IMG/VR virus record: IMGVR_UViG_3300024322_000015
Coordinates: 1-24,456 of that record
Direction: 5' to 3' (one strand)
DNA length: 24,456 nt
Origin: a virus
Taxonomy: Duplodnaviria; Caudoviricetes
In this document: positions 9,721 through 18,176 of the stretch, piece by piece
Layout: every line of letters begins with the position of its first letter
How positions within the stretch are numbered: the first letter of the stretch is position 1
Notes under the pieces: model-generated
Databases searched by the model: none
The model's input: the letters and a program-made list of their open reading frames with translations, nothing else
What the model was told of the DNA's origin: nothing
Position numbers and translations under genes: made by a program

Positions 9721-12700
9721 ACGCTTATAGCTAGTGCCTGAGTCGTGACTGTTGCTTCTGCGGTACAAGTTCCTCCTCTATCTACAATATATGTAAAACT
9801 ATCATCTAGGTCAGCCTCTGCTGTATGAGTATAGGTGATGGTGTTGTCAGCATTAACAACAGCAGTTCCGTTTGTTGGCTGCGTGCCTATTGTAATAGTG
9901 TATGGCGAAGGGATTGTGTCGTTGGCAACAACATTGATTGTAGTACTTCCACCATTAGTGATTCCTGTTACAGAGTCATCAACTAACACAGGTAATGTAT
10001 CTATATAGTTCCAAACTAAATACAGCTTTTGACTTGTATTACTTCTGTTAAAAGTAAATGACATAGTATTTTCTTCATCGCCATTAGACAGCGTTTGCCC
10101 CGTAACTGATGGGTATGTAGCTTGGTCTATAATATTTTGCACTGTCAAGTTTCCAGCTGCAGAAACTAAATAACCCAAACTATTACAGTCATTAAATTCA
10201 CCTGTATGAACTCCTATCTGCCTTAAAGAAGAAAGTGTTATAGTGTCCCCGTTGTTTGGTATAATATCTGTTCCCATGAATCCAGATAAAACTTCGTATC
10301 TAGTTAGCTCATCTGAATCGAATACATCTAAATCAGAACTGTATGCACCTCCACTAGCTCCATCGTGCTTAAATCTGTTGATGATACTTTGACCCGCTTC
10401 AGTAGAGTCGTTTACAACAACCAATATGACTTCAAGAGTTTCTGGCTCTGGACAAGTATGTGTTATTGTTACTTGAGCAGAAGACGCTGGCGTTATAGTA
10501 ACATCAGCAACATTGGCTGTTTCTAGGTCTGTTGAGGTTACAGGGAAAGTTACACTTCCTGTTCCTGTTAATCCACTGTTTGTATATGTATTACCATTAT
10601 AAACTATGACAATATCTATAGAACTAGATGTTGTATATGCTATTGTAGCTGTTCCTGGAAAAGAACCAAGATTTAAATCATAATTAAATGCTGAGGTAAT
10701 TGTTCTGATAAAAGAAGAAGCGCAATCTAGTTCTAGTGGGTCTGCAGGTTTTTGTTCGCTTCCCATAGTAAGAACGTACTGATGGAACTTAGGGTCAAAA
10801 CCTCCAATATTCCAATTACCTTTGTTGCCATACAACTCTCTCTTAAAGAAAGCTTTCATGCCTTGATAAGATATTGGGCTTATACCATCTCCACCAAGTC
10901 GTAAAACAGCACCTCTATTTGCATCTGTAAAATACATTCTGCCTTCGAAATAAGCAAAAGACTCTGGGTCTGTTGATATCCCATACTCGCCAGAGAAAGG
11001 CACATCTTGTCCCAAAACTTTTTCTATTTGAGATAAGCTTCCTGTTCCGTCTGGACTGGAGAGTATTGTTTTCCCATACAATACTTTAGACACTCTATCT
11101 TCTTGAAATACAATTAAATCACGCTCTCTTGAGAATAATTTCTGTATAGAGCCGTATTTAGTGTCTAGGTTTTTAGTAATACCTCTACTTGAGTTGAACT
11201 CGTTAAGTGCATTGTACCCAGAGTTCTCGTTAAAAGAACCACTGTGTATAAGACCGTGAGTAACGTTCAATTCTTTGTAACCTTGCTGTAGAATTATGTT
11301 AGGTCTGTAATCATATCCTAATCTGTAAGCAAATCTATCGTCTCTTACACTTATACTTTCGGCTCCATTTTCATATGCAAAACAATTAAAGTAAGATAAA
11401 GAACAAATGGCTGGGTCTGTAGCTGTTTGGTCTTGTTCATTTCCTTTGTGAAGTCCATTTTCAATTTTAAACGTCTGCTCTGTTTCATAGAAAACCTCGC
11501 TATCATCTTCCTTTTGAACGGTTTCAAAAATAGTCACACCGCTTGTAAGTTGTAGTTTTATATCTCCAATAAGTCTTGCAGACTCAAAATAACCCTTATA
11601 TACACCTCTTGCTTCTAATCGTATATTTTGTCTAAAATTTCCACCAGCAAAAGAGCCTCTATTGTTAAATCTTACTCTAAATTGCTCTGTGGGTTCAAGC
11701 CACCAGTTTGATGCTGCATCGTAATACCATTCTGTTTCAGCATCCCACCATTTTTCAAAAGCGCTTCCGTCATCATCAGTCTCATAACTGCCCCCAACTA
11801 AAAATTCTTTTTCGTAGTATCTGTAATCATCGTTATTGGAATCCATTCCTTCCCAATGCTCAAATTTTAATTTAATTCTTGAGCCTGGCTGAAATTCTAA
11901 GTAATTCCATTGGTTGTCAGCAAAATACATTCCAATACCCCTGTTATCTGTCTCAGGTTCTGAAGGAACATATGCAACCATCGTTCTTCCTGATTTAAAT
12001 GATTTCACATACTTGTTTCTGTGATATGTCTGGAAGTTGTATGGATTGTAATCCATTGTAAAACCAATAGGCTTTATTTTCATATATGTTCCAGGAAGTT
12101 CTACAATTGGTTCGTTGTCTGCATCCACATTTCCATTTATCCAGCCCTCAGAGCCATCATCTGGCACATTATCTGCTGCATTTTTAGTTGTAACGTCTAA
12201 AACTTTTACCTTAACTTCTCTTTGCATCGGACCATTGTCATCTGCTTTACATATTATAAAATCTCCTTTCTCTACTTTACCTAGATTTCCTCCTTCTAAA
12301 AGAATCCATCTAAATAAATTTTCCTCATAAAATACAGTTGCGTATATATTGTAATGCTCTGATTTAGCTGCTTTTACAAAAAACTTATATCTGTCTGCCC
12401 AATAAGGAGGTTTACTATTTACCTCGACTTTGAATGAGTTTAGAGTAACAGAGTTCTCAACAGAAACAAATACCTCGTTGCTTTTTCCTACCTCACTTAT
12501 TGATGGTATAACAGAAGAATATCTCCCATGTTTATCTAAGTATACCAATCCAACCTCATAACTCTTGAGACTTTTTATAGATGAGTTTGATGTTTTTTCT
12601 TTTAATGCGGCTACAGAATTAGTCTCGTTATATGTAAATGTTTCCACCTCATCAGATGTAACGTCATCATCTGGTATGCCAGGAGTATCATCTATTGTAT

Positions 12701-14177
12701 GCGTTATTGTTGGCGCAGATATAGTAATTGATGTCGATGTTGAAGAGGCAAGGGCAAAATCTCCATACTGAGCCGATATATTGTCAGGCGGTGGAGTAGT
12801 TGTCACTATAGCTTCAAAGTTATTTGAGGCTGCAGCTAGAAGTGTCGTAAGGTCGTCAGAAGCAGCAAAATCACTTACAGAAGAATATGTTTGAGATAAA
12901 ACTACTGCATTAGTTCCTTCGTATTCACCACCAAAATATTCATCGGGAGAAGTTCCAGCTTCAGCAGACTCTAATGACGGGTTAAAGAACAAAGTATACC
13001 CTTCTTTTAATTCAACATCTGTTAAATCAATAGTCATTTGAGTTGTAGATGGAAAAGATGATGTTAATTCATTTCCATCCTGAGACTGAGCGTCAAGAGA
13101 AGAGCTATAACTAATCCTTATAAAGTCCTCATCCGATTCATTTTCTTTGAGGTCATATTGTATGGTGTAATTTCCAAATACAACTCTATCCTCTATAATG
13201 TCTTGAGCTTGTGCTTTTAATGGCACATTATCAAATATTCTTGTAACCTCATCTGGAGGTAGCTGTTTGTATATTTTTTTGTTTATAAAAACAAATGTTT
13301 TTGTTGCGTTATTAAGAAATGATGAGTCTTTTTTGTTTATACTTTCAGCTATGTAAATATTACTATCATTACTTGTTTTGAAACAAATCTGTATATCAGT
13401 TACCCTCTTGTCTCCTGTATTGTATTTTATCTGATAAGAGTTAAATACATTTACCATACCCTCATTAACAAGAGTGTTGAAGTCAAGCTCAAAGTCGCTA
13501 GGGACGAACTGATAGTTGCTGAATGAAGAAAGGGCGGAAAACTCTCCGTCTAAATATTTATATCTGTAGGCAAAGGCAAAGAAACGCTCTTTTACAGTAT
13601 TTTCTTGAACCTGCAGGCTATTTGTAGGAACAACCGTAGGTGCTTCGTATGGGGGTTTTTTATAAAGATTAATATCTTCTTCGTAAAAGTTATTTAGACC
13701 ATACCCCTTAGCTCTGTTTATATTAACGCATCTTGGATGGTTTAAGTCATCTGTAAAAACAAGAAGCTTTTCTTTCTTTGGAATATTGTAGAATATATTT
13801 ATACCCGTAATTTTGTAGTCTTTGTTAAACCCCAAAACCTGCTCATCTCCTATTCTTTCGTCTGCTAAAACCCTTGAAACTATTTGGTTTGTTCTGTCAT
13901 ATTCGTATATGTATGAAAATCCGTCATCATTAACGATAAACCAATATATTTTTTCTTCAGCTTCATCAGCTATCGAGCCAATACATTCTGGATTATTGGA
14001 TAGTGCTAGGTTTGTTAACTTTACATTTCCTTTTTCGTTTTCAATAGCGCCAGCATCAGAACCAGCTGTATTTAAAACACGGATATTACTTGCGTCAATA
14101 AACTCGCCATTAGGAATAAGACGTTCATCGACGTCTTTATTCATTTTACCAGTATTAAATGTATTTTTAATCTTCAT
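8883..14177 (-). CDS. Tail nozzle/muzzle ('stabilization') protein with C-terminal Ig-like and VWA domains, 1764 aa
   Basis: N-terminal GKMNKDVDERLIPNGEFIDASNIR, plus FAYRYKY, YGSIQKL, GEYGIS.DPESFA, YFTD.NRGAVLRL and GGFDP motifs of the crAss-like stabilization family. The C-terminal part carries a Big_9/cadherin-like Ig repeat and the MIDAS motif DSSGS. Confidence 0.85.
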   Translation of the reverse strand: MKIKNTFNTGKMNKDVDERLIPNGEFIDASNIRVLNTAGSDAGAIENEKGNVKLTNLALSNNPECIGSIADEAEEKIYWFIVNDDGFSYIYEYDRTNQIVSRVLADERIGDEQVLGFNKDYKITGINIFYNIPKKEKLLVFTDDLNHPRCVNINRAKGYGLNNFYEEDINLYKKPPYEAPTVVPTNSLQVQENTVKERFFAFAYRYKYLDGEFSALSSFSNYQFVPSDFELDFNTLVNEGMVNVFNSYQIKYNTGDKRVTDIQICFKTSNDSNIYIAESINKKDSSFLNNATKTFVFINKKIYKQLPPDEVTRIFDNVPLKAQAQDIIEDRVVFGNYTIQYDLKENESDEDFIRISYSSSLDAQSQDGNELTSSFPSTTQMTIDLTDVELKEGYTLFFNPSLESAEAGTSPDEYFGGEYEGTNAVVLSQTYSSVSDFAASDDLTTLLAAASNNFEAIVTTTPPPDNISAQYGDFALASSTSTSITISAPTITHTIDDTPGIPDDDVTSDEVETFTYNETNSVAALKEKTSNSSIKSLKSYEVGLVYLDKHGRYSSVIPSISEVGKSNEVFVSVENSVTLNSFKVEVNSKPPYWADRYKFFVKAAKSEHYNIYATVFYEENLFRWILLEGGNLGKVEKGDFIICKADDNGPMQREVKVKVLDVTTKNAADNVPDDGSEGWINGNVDADNEPIVELPGTYMKIKPIGFTMDYNPYNFQTYHRNKYVKSFKSGRTMVAYVPSEPETDNRGIGMYFADNQWNYLEFQPGSRIKLKFEHWEGMDSNNDDYRYYEKEFLVGGSYETDDDGSAFEKWWDAETEWYYDAASNWWLEPTEQFRVRFNNRGSFAGGNFRQNIRLEARGVYKGYFESARLIGDIKLQLTSGVTIFETVQKEDDSEVFYETEQTFKIENGLHKGNEQDQTATDPAICSLSYFNCFAYENGAESISVRDDRFAYRLGYDYRPNIILQQGYKELNVTHGLIHSGSFNENSGYNALNEFNSSRGITKNLDTKYGSIQKLFSRERDLIVFQEDRVSKVLYGKTILSSPDGTGSLSQIEKVLGQDVPFSGEYGISTDPESFAYFEGRMYFTDANRGAVLRLGGDGISPISYQGMKAFFKRELYGNKGNWNIGGFDPKFHQYVLTMGSEQKPADPLELDCASSFIRTITSAFNYDLNLGSFPGTATIAYTTSSSIDIVIVYNGNTYTNSGLTGTGSVTFPVTSTDLETANVADVTITPASSAQVTITHTCPEPETLEVILVVVNDSTEAGQSIINRFKHDGASGGAYSSDLDVFDSDELTRYEVLSGFMGTDIIPNNGDTITLSSLRQIGVHTGEFNDCNSLGYLVSAAGNLTVQNIIDQATYPSVTGQTLSNGDEENTMSFTFNRSNTSQKLYLVWNYIDTLPVLVDDSVTGITNGGSTTINVVANDTIPSPYTITIGTQPTNGTAVVNADNTITYTHTAEADLDDSFTYIVDRGGTCTAEATVTTQALAISVDTYIYIYFDSSGSMDNTEAELNTMRTGALKSTLQDLYATGLTESEEIAQGLTPNPATNGSDEYDDKVTIVYAGLPDSQQWADEETFAALSDNDVNDFKSTGTHNAFPSDASNVIIMVFQDEASPIYHDSRNSDSFSAINDGTNGNYDADIADLRSRVSSLNSSNSGFYRGVVFQVEDSQGSPNYPFKAFLLAVEGGATNYSGTDGLSDLMTGSTPTFVFEYDIEDSTNDDTTAPFKPGSTTDRFDQWQYYYLYWVTNALNTLGFTPNGVTWPVIEDDD
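9735..9996 (-). other. Ig-like (Big_9/cadherin-like) domain within the nozzle protein
   Basis: PVLVDDS...TINVVANDT...TQPTNGTAVVNADNTITYT...DDSFTYIV...ATVT is the typical bacterial Ig/cadherin-like repeat signature. Confidence 0.8.
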
Positions 14178-14178
14178 A

Positions 14179-15066
14179 CTACTTTATCCACTTGTCTCTT
14201 CCTCGTAGAATCTGAGTGAGTTCGCCTAGTTTTATAGAATTTAATCGAATCTTTGTATTTCTCAATGACGCTGAAGCTTGTTTTTGAGCTCTTCGTACAA
14301 TGTATTCTTGTACTCCAAACTTTTGCTTCAATATGCTAGACACTAAGTAGTCATACATAAAGGTCTCTGCTAATTTATGGACTTTTATTTCATTATCTGC
14401 AAGACCATACATTCCATCAGAGACATATTCGATAACAATATTCTTTCCAGACAAGTCGGAGCTAAAAAGTATAAACCCTTGGTTTTTATCTAGCACATAG
14501 CTACCGTTGTGATTAGCTGAGGCAGTGTCCATCCCGTAACGCTGACCCAGAAGGTTGGTGTCGGGCTCAACAACACCTTTGTCAGACTTGTTAACCCAGT
14601 TTGTTTCAATGATTGGAGTGCCTGTTAAGGCGTTATCATTGTTATCCATTAGGATGTTTTTCTGAGCACTGTTGTCTTGTAAATAACTCGTAGGAGTCGC
14701 TGTGTTGTAGTTTTGCGGTATCTGTCTAGTCGTACCATCATCACCAACGTAAGATATCTTTACAGGGCTTACAAAGTCGTGTGGCAGGTGCATCTTAAGG
14801 TTGTCAGGAAGCTCTGCTTCAAACCCGCGTATTTCTCTTAAAGCGTCATAGTGTAATTCTTGAAGTCCACGCTTAGCATGAAAAACAACTTCATTTCTGT
14901 CAATTTTGTTTATAACCTTGTCGTCTCCAACATATGTCAGTAAAAAATTATTGATGACGTCCTGTAAAAGCAAGTACTGATATGTACCCCAGTTGTCATA
15001 AGTTGGGTTGTCACCGCTATTTTGGTAGTATTCTCTTTGGTCTATAGGTGTTCCGATTATTGGCAT
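14179..15066 (-). CDS. Putative tail ring/head-tail adaptor structural protein, 295 aa
   Basis: YQY..LQDVINNF...YVGDDKVI...FHAKRGLQELHYD, LPHDFV and IEYVSDG motifs; lies between the capsid and nozzle genes as crAss-like ring proteins do. Confidence 0.65.
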   Translation of the reverse strand: MPIIGTPIDQREYYQNSGDNPTYDNWGTYQYLLLQDVINNFLLTYVGDDKVINKIDRNEVVFHAKRGLQELHYDALREIRGFEAELPDNLKMHLPHDFVSPVKISYVGDDGTTRQIPQNYNTATPTSYLQDNSAQKNILMDNNDNALTGTPIIETNWVNKSDKGVVEPDTNLLGQRYGMDTASANHNGSYVLDKNQGFILFSSDLSGKNIVIEYVSDGMYGLADNEIKVHKLAETFMYDYLVSSILKQKFGVQEYIVRRAQKQASASLRNTKIRLNSIKLGELTQILRGRDKWIK

Positions 15067-15069
15067 ACT

Positions 15070-15816
15070 TTACGAATTTTGTTTGGTGTACTCTAACTGC
15101 TCCTGCTGCGCTGTAATCTGAACAATATCAGCCTCTCTAATACTAAGACCAGCATACTTGCATATCTTTATTACTAACTCCGTCTCTTCCTCCTCTGATA
15201 TTTCAAAGTTCACAGAGCTGTCAAGATTGTAAACAGGGTCAGAGCTAATTGTGTTATATCCCCAATGCGGGTCTTCTGGTTTCCTAATGTAATTGGCCTG
15301 AACAGCAGACTGAATAGAAAGTGGCCTTACATAAATATTGTCTCCAGAGCGAACATAAACAGGGTATGTTACTGTTGGCTGTGTAAGATTGCTGTTCACA
15401 ATCATATCAAACTTATGTGGAGCGACTGGCTGAACAATTCTACCACCACCCATTGTTGTCTCTGTGCCAAATCCCCCTCCATAAGTAACATTAATTAACT
15501 TATAAAGGTTATCGGGAAGTGAAAAATAATCCTGTTCCTCCCCTATAGATGGGTTAGATTGGTCATTGTACGTCAAAGTAGCATTTGCGTAAAACTTATC
15601 TATCTTGTTTTGAATATGCTGAACCGTGTCTCCATAATTCAAAGCTTTTTTCCTTGTGTTTTGAAGGGCAACGGCTTTTGAGTAATCATTAAAATATGAC
15701 TCAAATATCTCAAGCTGCGCTTGTTTTGCAAAATAATCAAACTCAGATGGGGACACATATCCTCTGTTATCTTTGTTCAGCAAAAACATAACAGTATTTC
15801 TTACACTATTTATCAT
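15070..15816 (-). CDS. Putative tail ring/head-tail adaptor protein, 248 aa
   Basis: LNKDNRGYVSPSEFDYFAKQAQLEIF, LPDNLY and YIRKPEDPHWGY motifs, with size and position like crAss-like ring (P22 gp4/T7 gp11-like) proteins. Confidence 0.65.
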   Translation of the reverse strand: MINSVRNTVMFLLNKDNRGYVSPSEFDYFAKQAQLEIFESYFNDYSKAVALQNTRKKALNYGDTVQHIQNKIDKFYANATLTYNDQSNPSIGEEQDYFSLPDNLYKLINVTYGGGFGTETTMGGGRIVQPVAPHKFDMIVNSNLTQPTVTYPVYVRSGDNIYVRPLSIQSAVQANYIRKPEDPHWGYNTISSDPVYNLDSSVNFEISEEEETELVIKICKYAGLSIREADIVQITAQQEQLEYTKQNS

Positions 15817-15831
15817 AGGATATATTTTCTA

Positions 15832-15839
15832 CAAAAGTA
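15832..15839 (-). promoter_or_regulatory. Bacteroidota sigma-70 -7 promoter element upstream of the tail genes
   Basis: Minus strand TTTTG-TACTTTTG-TA matches TAnnTTTG, 15 nt before the ATG at 15816. A TTG lies 17 nt upstream (15857-15859), inside the terminator hairpin. Confidence 0.65.
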
Positions 15840-15840
15840 C

Positions 15841-15875
15841 AAAAAAAAAGAGGTCACAATTTGTGACCCCTCTCC
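15841..15875 (-). terminator. Rho-independent terminator after the 257-aa gene
   Basis: Minus strand GGGGTCACA-AAT-TGTGACCTC followed by T9. Confidence 0.9.
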
Positions 15876-15898
15876 CTTTCACGGTGTATACAATGTAA

Positions 15899-16672
15899 TT
15901 ACAATTTGTTTGTAATGTTTTGTAAAACATCAAGACCTTCGTCTGTCTTAAAGAACATGGCAAGAGCTCCGTATACGTTCTCCCCGAATGGAGCAACCAT
16001 AATCTTATTTTTCTTGTCATCTGCCCATGTAACAGTTCTATTATCTCCCTTGATGTGTAATATTCCCATTTCTACAGCTCTTACCGCTAAATTTCTTAGC
16101 TTAAGGTTTTCATCATCTACTAAATTCATAAACTCTCCAGGATTTTTCTTAGCCCAAAGAATCATATCACGTCTTAGCTCTGATGAGGTTAAAGCAGAAA
16201 CATTTCCTTTCATTACAACGCGAGCAATAGCCTCTAGGTCGTTGATATCAAGGTTTTTAGCAGATATTTGAGCATCTAGCTCGGAATATAAGCCTTCTAC
16301 TTCTACAGAAGCATTCTTTTCCTTATCTAGCTCTGTAAACTTCTTCCCATATAAAGGATGTATAAGTAAGAACTTCTGAAGGTTTACATTCCAATCTGGA
16401 ACGATTAGCGTTCCGTTTTCAAATGTAATAGGCTCTAAAGTAACTACCCCATCTTGCTCATCCACAAAAGGAGTGATTTGATTAGTAGCATACCTTAATG
16501 CTCTATTTAGTTTTCCGTCAAAATATGTGAGAGGTTTTCTTCCTGTGTGTTTTACAGGAATCATCATTCGAATAGGAGATTTATTTCCAGTTAATATAAA
16601 TACTCTATTCTTTTGTTCTAGGTCGGGTAATATTGAGTTATACCCAAAACTTTTTGCAGTTTTTGTTGCCAT
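15899..16672 (-). CDS. Conserved phage protein following the major capsid gene, 257 aa, function unknown
   Basis: Intact ORF with LRYATNQITPFVDEQ and LQKFLLIHP motifs, flanked by terminators and with an A-rich start region. Confidence 0.75.
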   Translation of the reverse strand: MATKTAKSFGYNSILPDLEQKNRVFILTGNKSPIRMMIPVKHTGRKPLTYFDGKLNRALRYATNQITPFVDEQDGVVTLEPITFENGTLIVPDWNVNLQKFLLIHPLYGKKFTELDKEKNASVEVEGLYSELDAQISAKNLDINDLEAIARVVMKGNVSALTSSELRRDMILWAKKNPGEFMNLVDDENLKLRNLAVRAVEMGILHIKGDNRTVTWADDKKNKIMVAPFGENVYGALAMFFKTDEGLDVLQNITNKL

Positions 16673-16696
16673 TTTATTTATAATTTAATTTGATTT

Positions 16697-16735
16697 AAAA
16701 AAGAAGATGAGGGGCAATTATATGCCCCCCTCTCC
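16697..16735 (-). terminator. Probable (leaky) Rho-independent terminator after the major capsid gene
   Basis: Minus strand GGGGGGCA-TATAAT-TGCCCCTC, then ATCTTC and T6; the U-tract is offset from the core stem. Confidence 0.7.
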
Positions 16736-16743
16736 TATAATGA

Positions 16744-18150
16744 TTATTGCATCAAGATAAAGTTGTTAGCTCCCATTGTACAAAGCGCACGCTCTGACAA
16801 GAAGTGAACTTCCATATTATCTTTATCGCTAGTCATAGCTCCTCCAGCAGAACCAACAACCCAAGACTTGTATTTTCTGTCTTCAGTTGGAGATACTCGG
16901 TAACGAACGTGTAAGAATGGTCTCTTAGCGTTCTCTCCAAGTACTTGGTCGTATACTGTAGTAGTACCAGCAGGTACAACGATACCATCAATACCACCGA
17001 TATTACCACGAGTAGTAGCATCGTTTAGATATTTCCAGTCAGACTTATAGAAGTCATATCCGATACGGAATCCTGTAAACCCAAGGTTTAGGGCCATATC
17101 TTCATCGTTATCAAACAAACCGTAAGAAGCTGTAGAAGCTCCAGAGTTGTTTTGAGCAGCTAATACTTTGTCAATATCAAAAGATGTTGCACGATTAGCA
17201 AAGATTACGTTTTCTTGAATAGCTCCTTCTTTATCAAGAACTTTAGCTAAAGCTTCTAAATCTTCTCTAGAATCAATAGTACCAGAAGAAACGTTACCGC
17301 TTTCTGATACTTCGAAGAAAAGACCTTTAGTTCCTTTGTAGTCAACAGAAAGTGCCGCTACACCAGAACCAGTTCCAGCAGGCTCACCTTCAATCATTGA
17401 AGTTTCAAGGTAATCCTCGAAACGTAAGCGAGTTTCGCTTTCTGATTTCAAATACCAAAGGTATCCAGAAGCTCCGTTTTCAGTAGATACTTCTACCCAC
17501 CCAACGTGTGCCATTTCAGAACCAGATACTTCGTATTTGTCTTTGATGATGATTGGGTTGTTTTCTTTAGCTTCGAAATCAGCTTCAAGAGAACCATCCA
17601 TGCCATTCTCTCCTTTACGGAATTCAGAACCATAGACGAAGATTGTTACGGCGTCATCTGCAGTATATAAAACGTCTCCTCCTGAAGCAACTTCTACTAA
17701 GCTGAAGTTTTGATACAAAGCAACTTCGATGCTGTCAGCAGCAGAAGCATCTGTAATAAGAGCTTTTGCTTGAACACCGTTTGGTCCAGAGATAATAATA
17801 GTCTGGTTTGTACGGAAGCTATGTCCTGTTACCGCAATATTAGATGCGTCTGTAACTGAACCAGTAGCTTGTACGTGTAGTCTTCCTTGCTCACTCCACT
17901 TGATTAAGTCAGAAGAAGAAGGAATCTCAGCTCCTACCATACGCAAGAAAGAAGCTACAGAACGATTTCCGTAACGCTCGAATTCTTGCTCATATAAATC
18001 AGGTAGATATTGCTGAGCAAAGTCATATTGTGCATTAGTCAAGTAGTTGCTGTTTTGCAAAGACTTGCCAGGTGCAGGTGTTAGTGAAGTAGAACCGCCA
18101 ATTGTTACTGTGCCAGTTCCAGCTCCGTCAAAATTAATTGATTGTGCCAT
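16744..18150 (-). CDS. Major capsid protein, 468 aa
   Basis: QQYLPDLYEQEFERYGNRSVASFLRMVGAE, WSEQGRLH, YGSEFRKG, GYLWYLK, TKGLF and LSERALC motifs of Bacteroidota podovirus capsid proteins. Follows the scaffold gene, has high-expression codon usage and is followed by a terminator. Confidence 0.9.
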   Translation of the reverse strand: MAQSINFDGAGTGTVTIGGSTSLTPAPGKSLQNSNYLTNAQYDFAQQYLPDLYEQEFERYGNRSVASFLRMVGAEIPSSSDLIKWSEQGRLHVQATGSVTDASNIAVTGHSFRTNQTIIISGPNGVQAKALITDASAADSIEVALYQNFSLVEVASGGDVLYTADDAVTIFVYGSEFRKGENGMDGSLEADFEAKENNPIIIKDKYEVSGSEMAHVGWVEVSTENGASGYLWYLKSESETRLRFEDYLETSMIEGEPAGTGSGVAALSVDYKGTKGLFFEVSESGNVSSGTIDSREDLEALAKVLDKEGAIQENVIFANRATSFDIDKVLAAQNNSGASTASYGLFDNDEDMALNLGFTGFRIGYDFYKSDWKYLNDATTRGNIGGIDGIVVPAGTTTVYDQVLGENAKRPFLHVRYRVSPTEDRKYKSWVVGSAGGAMTSDKDNMEVHFLSERALCTMGANNFILMQ

Positions 18151-18176
18151 TTTGTAAAATGTTTAAGGTTTTAAAA

